A stretch of DNA of 64,000 bases from Chrysomallon squamiferum (lineage: Eukaryota; Animalia; Mollusca). Positions 50,624 to 64,000 of this stretch are shown here, one piece after another (position 1 is the first letter of the stretch; every line of letters begins with the position of its first letter). The stretch lies in assembly GCA_012295275.1 (NCBI GenBank), contig CM022671.1:27342001-27406000 (forward strand). The letters are read 5' to 3'. The position numbers and the translations under genes were made by a program. A model generated the notes under the pieces. It was given only the letters and a program-made list of their open reading frames with translations, was not told where the DNA came from and searched no databases.

Positions 50624-53111
50624 CTTTTTTTTTTTTTTCTTAGTATTGAAGTAAATTTTATATATTAAGATGATTCTGTGAAAATTGTTAAATACTGAAA
50701 ACATTTTATTCTTGTCCAGCCTCTTGCTCTGGTCACCTGGGGATGTCGACTGATGATGTCTTTTGTTGATTATGGGCTAGCCAAGTCGTTCATTAAGGTA
50801 AACTTGCTCACTTGATTAAAATAGTAAAAATACAAATATCTTAACTGTTGTTCATTACTGGTAATAAATACACTAAATAAAAAAAAAAAAAAATGTATAA
50901 ATCACCAAATAAACAACAATATACATATATTTGTTATTTTGCTTCCTTCCTTCCATAAAATGATATATCAAATTTTATAAATGCTACTTTACATTTTTTT
51001 CACTTGTTAAATATTTTTGATGTGAATTTGTTAAAACTTTCAAAGACATAAAAACTTAATTACACAAAGATAATTTCTGTGATGTGAAGCTATAGCCTAT
51101 CCATATTCTGACTGTTTACTTTGTGTTTTAGGATTTTTGTACTGAATGCATTTAGCAACTGATAATAATTTTTCAATTGTCATAATTTAAATTCTGTTGT
51201 TTGATTTAGCGACATGCACTGCAAGCTAGAGAAAGTGCTGTTATTGAAGATGGACAGTATGGCTATTTTCTCATCAAACCAGCTCGTGTTGTGTCCACCA
51301 TAGAGGATGACAATATATGTCCTGACAAACCAGTAAGTTATAAACAGATATAATCATATACAAGATTCTTAATCGTAATTTTCTAACACTGATTAATTAT
51401 AAACTTTATCAAATAGTCTTCTTATCTAATTTATTAACTTTATAATATAAATATCTCATCTAACTCGCTAGCTTCATGACATAGCTTCCTTTTTTTTCTT
51501 TTTTTTAAACTTTACATTACATAGTTTTCATCTAAACTGCTAAGTTGTTATTATGATGATATAAGTTTCTCATCTAAATTGCTAAGTTTATGAAATGGCC
51601 TTCATATTTAACCTGTTACTTTGAGATTATGAATTTTTGTTAACTAGTGAGCTTTATGAAATAGCTTTCTTATCTAATTTATGGTAGAAATTACTAACTT
51701 TATCATATTGATTTGTCTGGTTTGCTTAGTGGCTAAAACAGACACTCATCTTGGTAACTAACATGACAACAAATTTTTAAGAAGATTTTTAACTTGACAC
51801 TAACTTTCTTAGCTTTAAGTTCTGATCTAAGCTATTATTAAATTTATAATACTGTCTTCTCAGCTAAATTAATACCTCTCTAACCTGGATACCACCATTT
51901 GCTTGCTAACTTTATAACACAGACTTCTCTTTTAACTTATTAATTAATTAACATTCTCATTTTGAAACTTAGGATTTCTAGGTTGTTAAGTAAAGCAGAC
52001 TTCTTCTCTCCTTCATAAATTCTTTAGCCTCACTAAATGCATTAAAATTCCACCATTCTTAACATTCTGCCACACAGTCATTATATTTTATTATAAACCC
52101 CCAAGTACAGAATACTGATTATTATTTTTAATGTATTGTTAACCATCTGTTAGATCTTACTGGAAAAGTCTTGTTGACACAACACACCTGTAACCACCAA
52201 ATGAATACAGTACATGTGGGATCGATACAAATTACAGTTTAAGGAAATAATGATGATCTTGCATGAAAAACAAGACATGAATTTACTGTTAAAGCTCTTG
52301 TAATAAGATATTGAGAATTAGCCTGATTGTTTGAATACATTATGATTCATATTAAGACAATAAACAACATTATGAAATAATAAAATAAATAAATATTAGT
52401 GAATCCTCTTACAAGTTGAGCTTTGGTCATGAAGGTACATCTATACTTTGTAAAATAAAGGTAGCTGATTATGGATGAATAAAGAATAATTGAAATCAAC
52501 CTTAGTAAGACCAACATAATTCTGGGTCAGGTCTGAGTCTGACCCTGTAGATGGAATCAGGCTGTTAAATCTACTAATTATTTAATCTGTCTTTCTAAGT
52601 TACATGTACAAATATTTATCTGAATCTTGAACTTTTAATATCAAAGACAAGTAATTTGTTTCTTAAAATACCAAGTGGATGTAATTTCTGTCTGAAGTGT
52701 CAGGTACAGTAGTTTTGTAAGTGAAATTATCTTTTGGAAAGAGAAATTTCAATAAAATATTGTTCTGCAGATGTTTTGGGAAGATAAAAAGATGATCTTC
52801 TGAAAGTATCAACTGCAAATATTTTTCATGAAAATATCAACTTAAAGTGTGTAATAATAATAATAAAAACAACAAAAATATTAGTAATAGCAGCAACAGC
52901 AACAGCAACAACAATAATAAAAGGTATTTGTTTTTTACAGAAACCACATCAAGTTCATTCAGATTACAAGCCTAAGATTGTTGACGAACTAAACAGAGTT
53001 CCAGTAGCTAAAGTTAAAATAAAAAATAAAAGGAAAAAAGTACTTGAACATCTACTTGACAGTTTGACAGAGCTGAAGAAATTGTTTAAGACAAGTCTAA
53101 AATTAAATTAG
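46645..53111 (+). CDS. Secreted DUF3105-domain protein (TP53I13-like family), 9 exons, 304 aa
   Basis: Exons: 46645-46794, 47854-47934, 48324-48368, 48990-49051, 49533-49611, 50117-50242, 50720-50797, 51210-51332, 52941-53111(TAG). Total 915 nt, phases consistent. N-terminal signal peptide [21 protein letters not shown]3105-type motifs: [52 protein letters not shown]. Almost all of this gene is missed by the ORF track. Confidence 0.9.
51390..51960. repeat. Highly degenerate tandem repeat of about 33 bp
   Basis: The motif TTCTCATCTAAAyTGCTAACTTTAT...ATAG recurs through the last intron of the DUF3105 gene. Confidence 0.5.
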
Positions 53112-53252
53112 ATGGAAGTAGATGTGTATCTTTACTAGTTACAGATTTGTTTAACATGTGATAAATTTAAAATAAAATGAACATAAAATCATCAGATACA
53201 GTAGAAATGTTTAATCTTTAATATTACTGAAATTTTATTTATTTATTTATTT

Positions 53253-53257
<5 letters not shown>

Positions 53258-53321
<64 letters not shown>
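53258..53321. repeat. (ATT)n microsatellite, representative of many (also about 5418-5472, 15523-15567, 19752-19798, 41332-41363; (CA)n about 2167-2194)
   Basis: Direct reading of simple repeats. Confidence 0.9.
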
Positions 53322-56300
53322 GTTTATTGATGAAGTGTATATTCTTATTAATATATTACAAAGAAAGCTTTATTATTATTGTTGTTGTTGTTGTTTTATA
53401 CAAATATACATTTCTATCAGCAGTCAAATGTTACAGTGGCCTAATGATTTTCAGAGTTAAATCTGCTCCAGTACTTTCTTAGGTCTGTTTTCTGTTCCAA
53501 CCATTTCAAAAGCCTGTACTTTGAACTTTCTTGCCTGTAGAAAGTATTATTAAGGTCCCCTTGGTGATAATGGAAAAAATGAACACGCACGAAGTGATGG
53601 ATGCATGGTTCCTGTTACATTATCATAATATAAAATATTTAATTAGTCTTTAACTATTAGCTGTTAACAAAGTATTCTGATGTTTCAAAAACAAATAGTC
53701 ATTTATTTAGTATTTAATACTAAATGTTGATTAGCTTTAGTTAAAAGGGAGAGGTTTAGATAAACTGTCTAATCATAATTGTTGTGGTTTCAAAAATCAG
53801 CCTGCTACTTGAAAACTTACACATTTTTCAAATATTTCAACAAACAAATACATTTTTTTATATTTATTTACAGACAAAACCCAGATAACATCAAATGTGA
53901 AATTGTATGGAAAATGAAACAAAACTAATGGTATATAAATTTAAAAGTTGTTTATTTTCAGATTTTAAAAAGGTTTTGTTTTTTTTTATTATTATTTTGT
54001 TGTTCTGTTCATTTCCTTTGTTTTCTTTGTTATCCTTATTTAATTTGTTCTTCAAAGATCAATTTAGATTATTTTTCATTTTCATTTTTAATTATTATTT
54101 TCTTTATTTCTGCTGTAGTTAGTATATTGTAAAAGCATATTACTAAAAGTTAATCTAAAATGTAATGTATGTTAAATGTATTTACTAATGGAATATGAAA
54201 TACAAATTTATTACACTTAATTATGTTTTATATTTCTTCATACAATTGTTTCTAATTGTCATTATCATATTTACTATGAACATTTTATTACTAGTTGAAT
54301 AATAATTAATAATTAATTTTATGTACCACTTTGAATTCTTGCATTCAATAACTGATGTGTTTATGGAGAAGTCTTCAGTAAAGAATATTTTAAAACATGC
54401 ATACTAAATTTTAACACACACACACACACACACACATCCACATGGAACATGAATATAACTTTTTGTGGATAATATATTATTTAATTTATTTATTTTTTCA
54501 GATCACACCTTTTTTCTAGAGATCTGAGGTAACAAAGGTGAAGCAGCAATGTGATAAAAAAAAATAGAATTGGTTTATAAAGCAGTGAACTGGAATTATT
54601 CTTCACCATTTTCCCTTTGTACAGTATTGATTGCCTTAATATTTTATGTCATTTATCATTAATAGTTGTTCTTGATTGTTCTAAATAAGTATTTATCAGT
54701 TTTAGTTGTACCAGGACTATAATATAATAATCCTTAAAAAAAAAAAAATAATAATAATAAAAAAAATGGTTTAATGTTAATATAAATATAAATGCAGAAC
54801 AGAATATATATTTTTTCCATTCAGAGACATTAAAAAAAATTATTGATGTTTCTGTTCAGTTCACCTCAATATAAATGTAGGGTAGAAACGAACATTTATC
54901 ATTCCATCAGCAATAAAAATGATTTAAAAAAATAGGTAACATATTGAGAAAAAAACTGATATAAACGGAGAGCAAAAGATCAACATCTGAACTGGTACTT
55001 TGAATATTGATTGAACAGTGTTAAGATGGCTGAGTCTTAGATCTACATGTTGACTTCTCATATGTGATTATTATTTAACACTGAAAAAGTGCATGAACTT
55101 TGATCCTGAATACTGTTATTTTTATACTTTAATTAATAAATGTTAATAAACGTTTTTAAACCTTTGGTGTGAATATTTGATTATATTTATTATGAGTTGT
55201 CCATAAATTAAAAAAAACAAAAAACAAATAAGTATGTTGGTGAATATTGTTTATTGTAAATAACATTTATTAGAAAAGTTAATTACAGATAAAACTAATG
55301 ATCCCTGATCACTGAAGGGGAAAAAAGAAAGATACAACCATCTGAAAACATGATTTGTTTTTCTTAAAATATATATTTTTCACTAAGATTTCTAAAATTT
55401 CACACAAATTTTATAATTTCATTCTTACTACAATGTCAGTTATATCAATTTGTAATATTGGCAAAATTCTTTCATTACATCTTCTAAGATCTCATACAAA
55501 TCAGTTAAATTCATTCATGCTGAAATGTAAAGGCATAATACATTAGCAGTTTTATGAATGATATGTAGTGTTGATTAAAGCAGATGCCACTACATTTTAA
55601 CTTTTGATTTTTCTTTTCTTTTTCTTTAAATTTTGAGGTATTTTTTTTTAACTATAAATTTTTCATCTCAAAATTGAAAAGAAGATATAAAATTGTTAAG
55701 TGTATAACTTGTTAAATAGAACACATCAAAAGAACTGACTGGATCATGCCAACATGCAAAAATTGTCTTTAAAAAATGGACTAATATCATTTTTTAATTA
55801 AAAAAAAAAAAAAAAATGAAACCATTCTTAGGAGAAGTTACAGAAGCAACCTAACTTAGCTATATGGAATATACAAAATTCTTAAAAACATTTTTAATGA
55901 ACTCTGTAACTGATTATAAAAAAAGACTGAACAAACAAGCTACATAAAGTGGATTAAAATAAAAATAAATAAAAATAAAAGTACAGATTAACAAACTAAT
56001 CCATGATACTATTAAGTAAATACAATATTGCCATATTTGACATATTCATAATGATAATAAGAATTTAACACACTGAATACTTAGGGTTGTGACAAGACAT
56101 GGTTTTGAACTTTGCTGATGCTTGCATATCAGTGAGCACATTTCAGAACATCACAAACTGATGTTAAAAGTAATAAATAGGACACAAAAATATACATGCA
56201 TTAAATAGTAATATATGTGTGTTTTAGTACTTCAAAATAAAATTGCAATTTCATATATAATTATTTGCTAAAATTAATATGTGTAAATTGTCCATCAGAA

Positions 56301-57902
56301 AAACAGTTTAATGGTTAAATCATCACTTTCCTTCTTTCTTTCTTTTTCTTTTTATAGTATATAAAAATCAAGGTTATAAGTTCAGATATCTGCAGAGAAC
56401 TTTTAAAGCAGTTAAGATGAAAATGTCACCTGTCACTTCTCAGCAGACATTTACTTTTTATGATAAGTGAACTTCAGTGTGTCAAATACGCTGAAACATC
56501 TGCATTAATCTATAAAAACTGTGACCAGTAAAATGTCATCTGGTGCATACAGTAGACTTTTACAGTAATAAAAAATGCCAGCATATCAAATTTATTGCAA
56601 CAGACTAGAGAGCTGTGAAATGCTGCATAGTAAATAACTGATCACATTGTCCCCAGTTTGATACATCTGAGAACTAATTAAAGGCACTGGCAGAAATGTA
56701 TTATAGCATTCTGAAGTAAAATCTTAAACTTTTTGTTAAAAATTGGAAGAAAGAAGTAAGAAAATAAAAGTACCACAATCTAGGTCTTCATAAAAACAAA
56801 CATTAATTAAAACAAAAACGATATTTACTGATGTTGAATTTGTATGCTCAAAATTCATACAATACTTTCTATATTTTTGTTTTTTGTTTTATGTAATTAA
56901 CAAAAATAACAAAAATGAGATACACTATGAAGATAATTGTTTTTACATAATAATGCAATTCTTGCCTTTTAATAAAAGTTAACAAATTATTAGCATCAGG
57001 TATCTCAATTTATGAACATGATGTAACTATTTTGGAAATTTTTACAAGAAATATTTGTGAAAAAATAATACATTTATAATTAATTCTTTTCCACCATGAT
57101 CATGAAAGCAGTGTATAAGTATCTGTATTTTCTACATACAATAAAAATTTCTTTTATAAAAAATAATCTACTTCCACCTAATTTGATGTTCAATAGCTAT
57201 GGCCATTTAAAAGCACAGTAGAAATTCAAAAAAAGTAAACTGCCAAAAATCACTTATTTAAATCAGTACTTTATCAAATTAAATTTTTTCCTAATTATTT
57301 GCATACATGTAACTAAAAGGAAATATCTAAAAGCAAGAGTGATTAAAAACAAGAAATCAACATAAAATAATTTCTTATCTATAAGGACATAACTGTAGCA
57401 AGGCAGCCATTATTTTCATTTTGTTCTACTTATTCTTGTATATTAATGAAGGGTTGGATATCTTTGTTGGCACAGCACTGAGGAATGGTATGTTTTATCT
57501 TCAGAAATGTATATTTTTCTACAAAATAATGTGTCATTCACTCTATCTGAGGTACAGATCCAGTGATGGTCTCTCAATATTAAGAAGTACATTGAAGAGT
57601 TTATTTGCTATGTAATGTTGACATCATCTCTAAATAACTGAGACCTTTGTTAAACCTATCCAGTTACCAAAATATATAACAGAAAAAAGAAACAAGCATT
57701 TCACTTTAAAATTCTGAGCAAACTCATAAATATATTTTGTATAGATTTATAATTTAATATAATAATAATCATAAGTGTATTTTTTATTTTTTATTTAATT
57801 TTTTTTGAATGGAAGAACTCCTATTTAATTTTAAAATAGCTGACATCCAATCTCAGCTTACTTACATAGCACCGGGCCTATTGGACTATCTTAATTAATT
57901 CA

Positions 57903-59176
57903 TTACTGATCTCCTACTGGTTCTCCAAATTTAATTTTCTGTTCATTTTGTATCTTGAATTCAAAAGTCTTTGGTGCTTCGAAAATGAGCACAATGGTGG
58001 AGCCAAGGTTGAATTCTCCAAACATATCACCTTTTTGTAACTTAATGTTTTCTTGGAATGTCTTGTCAAAGTATGTTCCTGAAGCATATTTCTTTTTCTT
58101 GTTTGTTGTTAAGTTCTGAAAAATACAACATTCTTTAATGTTCAGAAATGAAATTACTTTTCTATGTTGTGATGTTTTTCTATCCAAATCCATATTTATA
58201 TAATTTAAAAAAGCTGTGTAACATATACATTGATATTTCAAATATAAATATAAATGTCCTTCTGTTTCAAAAAAAAAAAAAATAATAATAATAACATAAA
58301 TAAAAAAAAAAAAAATATGTATATAAAAAACAAACAAACAAATAAACAATAAAAATATAATAATAATAAAAAAAAAATACTAAACACTAAGCATTTCTCA
58401 TAAATAAATTTAAAAAGAAATACATTTTAAAAAAAAAAAAGCCAAAAAAAAAAAACCCCAACAAACTATAAAACAATACATATTTCTTGTTATCAACTTT
58501 ATTTCAATGGATACTATCAAAAAGGAAAATTGAGAATTATATATATTTTTTGAAATGAAATAGTTTATTAGTTACCTCATCACAGTAGATTTTGATAGAG
58601 CCAACATTAGTGGCTCCTACAGCGGTGAAGGAGAAAAAACCATGTTTCCAATGTCCTGTGTAAACAACTCGTTCATTAAAGTTAAAAAGTCCCTGTATCC
58701 ATCGAGCTATCCCAGGATTCACACTCAGTAACTCTCCTATGATGAGGGAAAGAAAATCAATTACATTTCAAATGAAAGAAACTAATGAAATATTGTATTA
58801 GTTGTTTTTTCAACCAAAAGTGTTCCTATATTGGATGATATATTATTATTATTATTATTATTTTTTTTTTTGATGCAGTTTACTTGGATTTTTAATAATT
58901 GCTACTTTAAATATTGGTAGGTTGAGTGTTTTTATGTGTGTTTTTTTGGTTGTTTTTTTATTACTATATCATTTTTTATTTTTAGCCAGTATCAATTAAG
59001 GCTTAAAATAAAAATTAAATTTCACAACAATAATAAAAAAAAAAAAAAAAAAAAAAAAAAATGTCTAACATTTACTTCAGAATTAGAAAAAAAAAATAAT
59101 TTGCTTTATGTTTTTTAATAATTAAATTAAAGAAAAATTATGGTAATAAAAATATAAAAGACCAGCAATTCTTTCA

Positions 59177-59231
<55 letters not shown>

Positions 59232-62200
59232 ATTGAAGTTATCCTACAAGAAAATTATGGGACATTATAAAAACTCTTAGGGTAATTTCATTTGCAGAAT
59301 CTTGGACCATGAATACCAATAATTAAAAATATTAATATAAAATTCCTATGCTGAAATGAAAATAATTATTTAACACAAGTATGTTTCTTGCATTTGTTTT
59401 TGTGATACCTTACTGAAAGGCTGGCATGGCTACACAACACAGAACAGAGATCCTGGCTGCAGTCGAAGTCTGTTTATAATATAACATAACAGTATATAAT
59501 AACAAAATAGTTTTATGTCAAATATTATGGTTGGGCTCAAGTGCATTGTTTTACTATCGTTTTAAACATTTATAATAACAAGTTTAAAAATAATAATATT
59601 AATATTAATAAAAGTAAAAAATAAAAATAATGTCAAATGTTTTGCATTGTTTTGCTGTTGTTTTAAAGGTAATAACAATAACAACAACGGTTTTATTAAA
59701 TATATTTTATGTAAAATATTATGGATGGAGATACTTTTTATGTTTTTGTTTTAAACATTTACAATAATACTTATACTAGTACTAATACTACCAATAATCA
59801 TTAACTATAATTTATTAAACAAGGAAGCCTTATATGTCTGGATAATATGGGAAAACAGAAGGATTAGAGGAACCTTTTATTTTATTGTTGGTATTTTTTC
59901 TTTCAATGTTTACTGACATCATTCTCAAATCAATGTAAATCATGAAACTAACTGAAATAATGTGAATGGCCAAGGTCAGACACAAATGCAAAATTAATGA
60001 GGCCTGCCTTTGATGTTTCACAGAAAAATTATTTTGTCTTCAAAATGATGCTAAATATTTAGTAGGTATGTTCACAAATGATGTACGTAGGTTCACAGGT
60101 CTACGTCATCAGAAGTTTCATTATATTGTTTATTAATAAGATGCACTATTATCATAACCATTTTTCTCTTTGAATCGTATGAGTAAAAAGAATGTTGGAA
60201 ACAGATGTATTAAGTTATTGATATGAAAAATAATGAATGATGTTTATAGCAGTAACTTTATGATCATATTATTTTGTCAAATAATACACAAAATATATAA
60301 AAAATAATAAATAAAATAAATTAAATTAAATTAAATAAATTAAAATAAAATAAAATAAAATGCCCTTTATAATAAGGTAAATGAAGGGTGAAATACGTGA
60401 AAAATACTTCAATTAAATACTGAAAGAAAGGGTCATGCCAAATCAACCTATGGATTTAACCCCACCATCACTGATGCTTCTGAAATTTGGTATGTGAGGT
60501 GGTCTTGGCATAACTGGCTCAAATGGACCTGTAGTTTTGGAGACACCAGCCATCAAATTTTGGCATTTTGGCTGCCATCGTTTACTGAAGTCTCAGGAAC
60601 CATCTGGTCTGTTTTGACAAAACCGTCTCTTTGGAATGCTAATCTGACATGCACTCCAAATATCACAAAACTTCAGCAAAACTGAAGAAGGTTGGTTGAA
60701 GATTTTATTTTGGGGAGTGATTTAGCATTTAGTTATTTAAGTTTTATGTATTAGTGAATTTTATGACCCCAGTACAATTTAATTACAGAAAAGAAGAGAA
60801 ATAAGTAACCTTATTGTGTAATGTGTGTTTAAAATGTTAGAATACAGCTTCTAGATTTTTGCTGTGTATGTTTTTTTCTTTACCAAATACTTAATTTTGG
60901 AAGATTTAGAGCTGTTTTCTAAAAAACTAAATTTGTTGGATAGCTTTACGGTTTAAAGGCAGAGTGGAAAAATAAAGACAATACAGTTTGAACAAATTTA
61001 GAAGTTCAGATTACTTTACATTACAGATTACTGAACTTAATGTTTAAAAATTATGATACTTTTAAAAATACTAATAAAGAATAGTAAAATAAAGGTGAAA
61101 TGCAACAACTTAAAAATATTTTTTACATTTTCATTAATATAATACTTTGTTTAAAAACAAAATGTTTAAAAAATGTTTTATTTAATAACAGTATGAAAAT
61201 ACCAAAGAGCACAAATGTATAATAGGTTAATTTAAATATAATTCATCAATACTTTGTTAATATTAGGGTATTTTAGAAAGGTTATAATGCTTTTAAATAA
61301 ATTAAATGCACATATATTGTAATTTCTGATTAGTATAGAAATAACATCAGAATCCTGTAAGAAGTGAACCTTTTGTGATAGGAACAGCCCAAATATATTC
61401 TACATACTTCAACATGATTGTTTTATGTGTACTAGCAATCAATTATTGTTAAAAATAAAAGATAATAATAATAATAAAAAATAATCAATGGTAATAATAA
61501 TTATTGTGATGGCATCTGACAAAAATGTAAGAATATATAAATATTTAAAAGTAAATAATAGCAAAATTATCATATTCTTTTTTTTTTGTCACTTTGTCAG
61601 CAGTATTTTCTGTCATATTTATATTGATTAAATAATAAAAACTAATCTCAAAAAAAAAAAAAAAAAAAAAAAAAAAGTAGGCAGAAAATACCAACCTAAA
61701 TTCACCAAGAAGCAGTTGTTATTTTACTTCAGTGCAGAACTATTGACTGTAAGCTTGACTCCAGAATAACATTAATCAATACATCTAGTATATATAGCTT
61801 TAGGCTATCACAAAAGGTACACCAACATTATAAAAATAAATTTCTTTTACATGTTTATGATAGGTAAAGGTTTAGAGTACCTGGGAAGTGTCTTCGATGC
61901 TGTATTGTCCAGTCAGCAGGAGAGTGAAATCGATGATAATCTCCTGGAGCCAGATAAATGACACAGTGATAGAGTCTGTTACCAGGCCGAACCCTGACTC
62001 CGCTGTGAGAGTCTACATTCTCTGTGGGCATCTTTACATTACCATCATTTGGACCGAAGAAGCCACTAAGAGAATACGTCATGCCTTTAACTTGCTCCAA
62101 AATACCATTCTCGACATGACCGTAATGCAGTATTTTTCCATCTGCTGGGCTAGTCTGTAAATAGGAATTAAACTCACTTTCACCAATTAGCATAAATTTA

Positions 62201-63523
62201 CTTATTCAACTCTGCATTTACAATTCGAAAACTGTAATTTTATACTGTGTCTCCGTGACTTATGTAGATGCAAATGTGTGTGATTTAGCTTTTTTTAAAA
62301 CTAAATACTGAATATTGTTATTTCTTTGTGATACAGTAAAGGGTGTGCTCCAATGTACTGATCAACCTATGTAAATAAGTGACATACCAGTATGTGGCTG
62401 CCGTCCACAACTCGTGCATCAGGTTTTAATGTCCGTCTGAAGAATTCTCCAAGATTTCTGTAGTCTTTCAGATTCTCCACCTGAGCCTCAGCAAGATTGA
62501 CATTAAACATCCAGATATAGAGGCCAAGAATGGGCTTGCGTAGAAAGACAGGCAGTGAAATGTCGTTAAACTGGCCCCACCATCGAGACATTGTTTTGAG
62601 TGGCATTTTTCTGTACAGTGTAATCTGCAAGATAAAAAGTAAAATAAAAAAAATAATAATAATAAAAAAAAATAATAATAATGTTCTTGTATCTTACACA
62701 TCAAAAATATAGCAATTTAAAGAACAAAACATTTTCTTATTTAGAAAAAAAAAATTATAGAGTTCATTTTTTATGTGTTCTTAAATGAAACTCTCAAAAA
62801 TGATCCACCAGATCTCTTAATAAATATCTATTTCTCAAACTGTATATTATTACAGAGAAATAATAATAATTAAGATATAAAGTCCTGGTAAAATGATAAA
62901 AATAAACTTTTAATTTTGATATCAAAACATAAAATTTCACTAAATAAGCTCATAAAATCCTTTCCAAAATATAAAAAAAAATAATAATAATAATAATAAT
63001 TAGACACATCACTCTACTTTCTCTCACTTTATTTCTTTCAAATTTCAGCAATAACACAGGTTTTACACATATTTACAAATACATTCACCAAGAACTCATC
63101 AAAGGCTAAAAATTAATGAAATGCAGTATTGTGTCCTTTATATAGTTGGATTACATGTGGTGGTCCTATCATCATGGTACACTGTTGAAGAAACATGAAA
63201 CATAAATCATCATCAACACAAAACATTCTTACCATTCTGTTTAGATGTCTGTGTGACAGATACTTTTTAGATCCATCACTGAAACGGTAACCATATTTTT
63301 TTCTTTTATTATTCAGTGATCTGTGAATTTCTGGCTTTTTCCTCCAGTTCAAAGTATTTTTGTATTTTGAAGGAAGAAACCCAGAAGAGGCAGGTTTCAA
63401 TCTTTTCACGTATTTCCAAACACGAAATTGATTGAAAACAATTATTTGCATTTTCAAGAATCCACCTGCCACTATTAGCACAACTGTGACAGAAAACATA
63501 TACAAATATTCCATCATTAACAT
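57903..63523 (-). CDS. PISD: Phosphatidylserine decarboxylase proenzyme (PSD1/PISD type); 5 exons visible, further 5' exons may lie beyond the window
   Basis: Exons: 63523-63233 (candidate first exon), 62624-62388, 62154-61881, 58736-58576, 58115-57903(stop). Motifs: [13 protein letters not shown] (catalytic Asp), [13 protein letters not shown] (catalytic His), [14 protein letters not shown] and the FNLGSTIVL autocleavage/pyruvoyl site. The four core exons are secure; the first exon is less so. Confidence 0.95.
59177..59228. repeat. Poly-A tract of about 50 nt (similar tracts at about 37439-37483 and poly-T at about 50580-50640)
   Basis: Direct reading. Confidence 0.9.
60430..60769. mobile_element. 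Possible degenerate MITE in a PISD intron
   Basis: GC-richer block of about 340 bp bounded by inverted GGGTCAT...ATGACCC ends with partial further complementarity. No clear TSD. Confidence 0.35.
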
Positions 63524-64000
63524 TTTTGGTTTAATGGTCAAGACCAGTTTTCCAAAAAAAAAAAAAAAAAAAAAATTAATGTTCGTTATGAAAGGAAAAA
63601 ATATAAATAAAAGTCGCCCCCAAAACAAATTAATGATAAATAATAAATAAAAAACAAAATAAATAAATAAAATAAAAAATAAAAAATAAAAAACAAAATA
63701 AAATAAAATAAAATAATAAACTAAAAACAATTCAGAAAATAACAAAATTGGTAATAAGTTTTGTTACAGCTTCAAATCAAATTAAGGGTAAAAAAACAAA
63801 ACAAAACAACAACAAATAACCCCCCCAAAACCCCAACAACCTATAAATCCCAAACAAAAAAACAACAAAACTTAATGGCAAGATTAAATGTTAAAACAAA
63901 AAGATTTCAAAATGAATGAAGTACAACAGCAAAACAGTTTTAAAAGAAAATTTTGTTTTGTCTCCCTTTAATGAACAACAAACCAAGAAGACTGTTTGAC

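Noticed and set aside
52771-52805. Extra DUF3105-gene exon between AG and GT
   Set aside because: It contains an in-frame TGA in the required phase.
63524-63745. N-terminal part of the 210-aa ORF
   Set aside because: Low-complexity poly-T read-through. Only 63523-63233 is a plausible exon, and the part below 63233 is intron.

Overview
This is a very AT-rich, intron-rich animal genomic window, probably from a mollusc (inferred from the Mytilus-like PEP mutase). Most entries in the supplied ORF track are low-complexity noise, so I rebuilt genes by hand from GT-AG exon chains. There are four multi-exon genes. (1) LIM domain kinase (+), 12 exons at 6339-12949, plus a candidate LIMK2b-like alternative first exon at 2614-2669. 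(2) A complete phosphoenolpyruvate mutase (-), 9 exons at 23114-40642; this C-P bond-forming enzyme carries a mitochondrial-presequence-like N-terminal extension. (3) A secreted DUF3105/TP53I13-like protein (+), 9 exons at 46645-53111, head-to-head with PEP mutase. (4) Phosphatidylserine decarboxylase (-), 5 exons at 57903-63523, whose 5'-most visible exon encodes a signal-anchor-like segment. Non-coding features include an intact hAT-type MITE with an 8-bp TSD, older MITE remnants, a two-phase 24-26-bp minisatellite and a 70-bp near-perfect palindrome. A TATCACGTGATA E-box lies in the PEPM promoter. The leading hypothesis (inference only) is that PEPM-DUF3105-PISD is an animal phosphonolipid gene neighbourhood. 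The competing explanation is ancient LIMK-PISD synteny.
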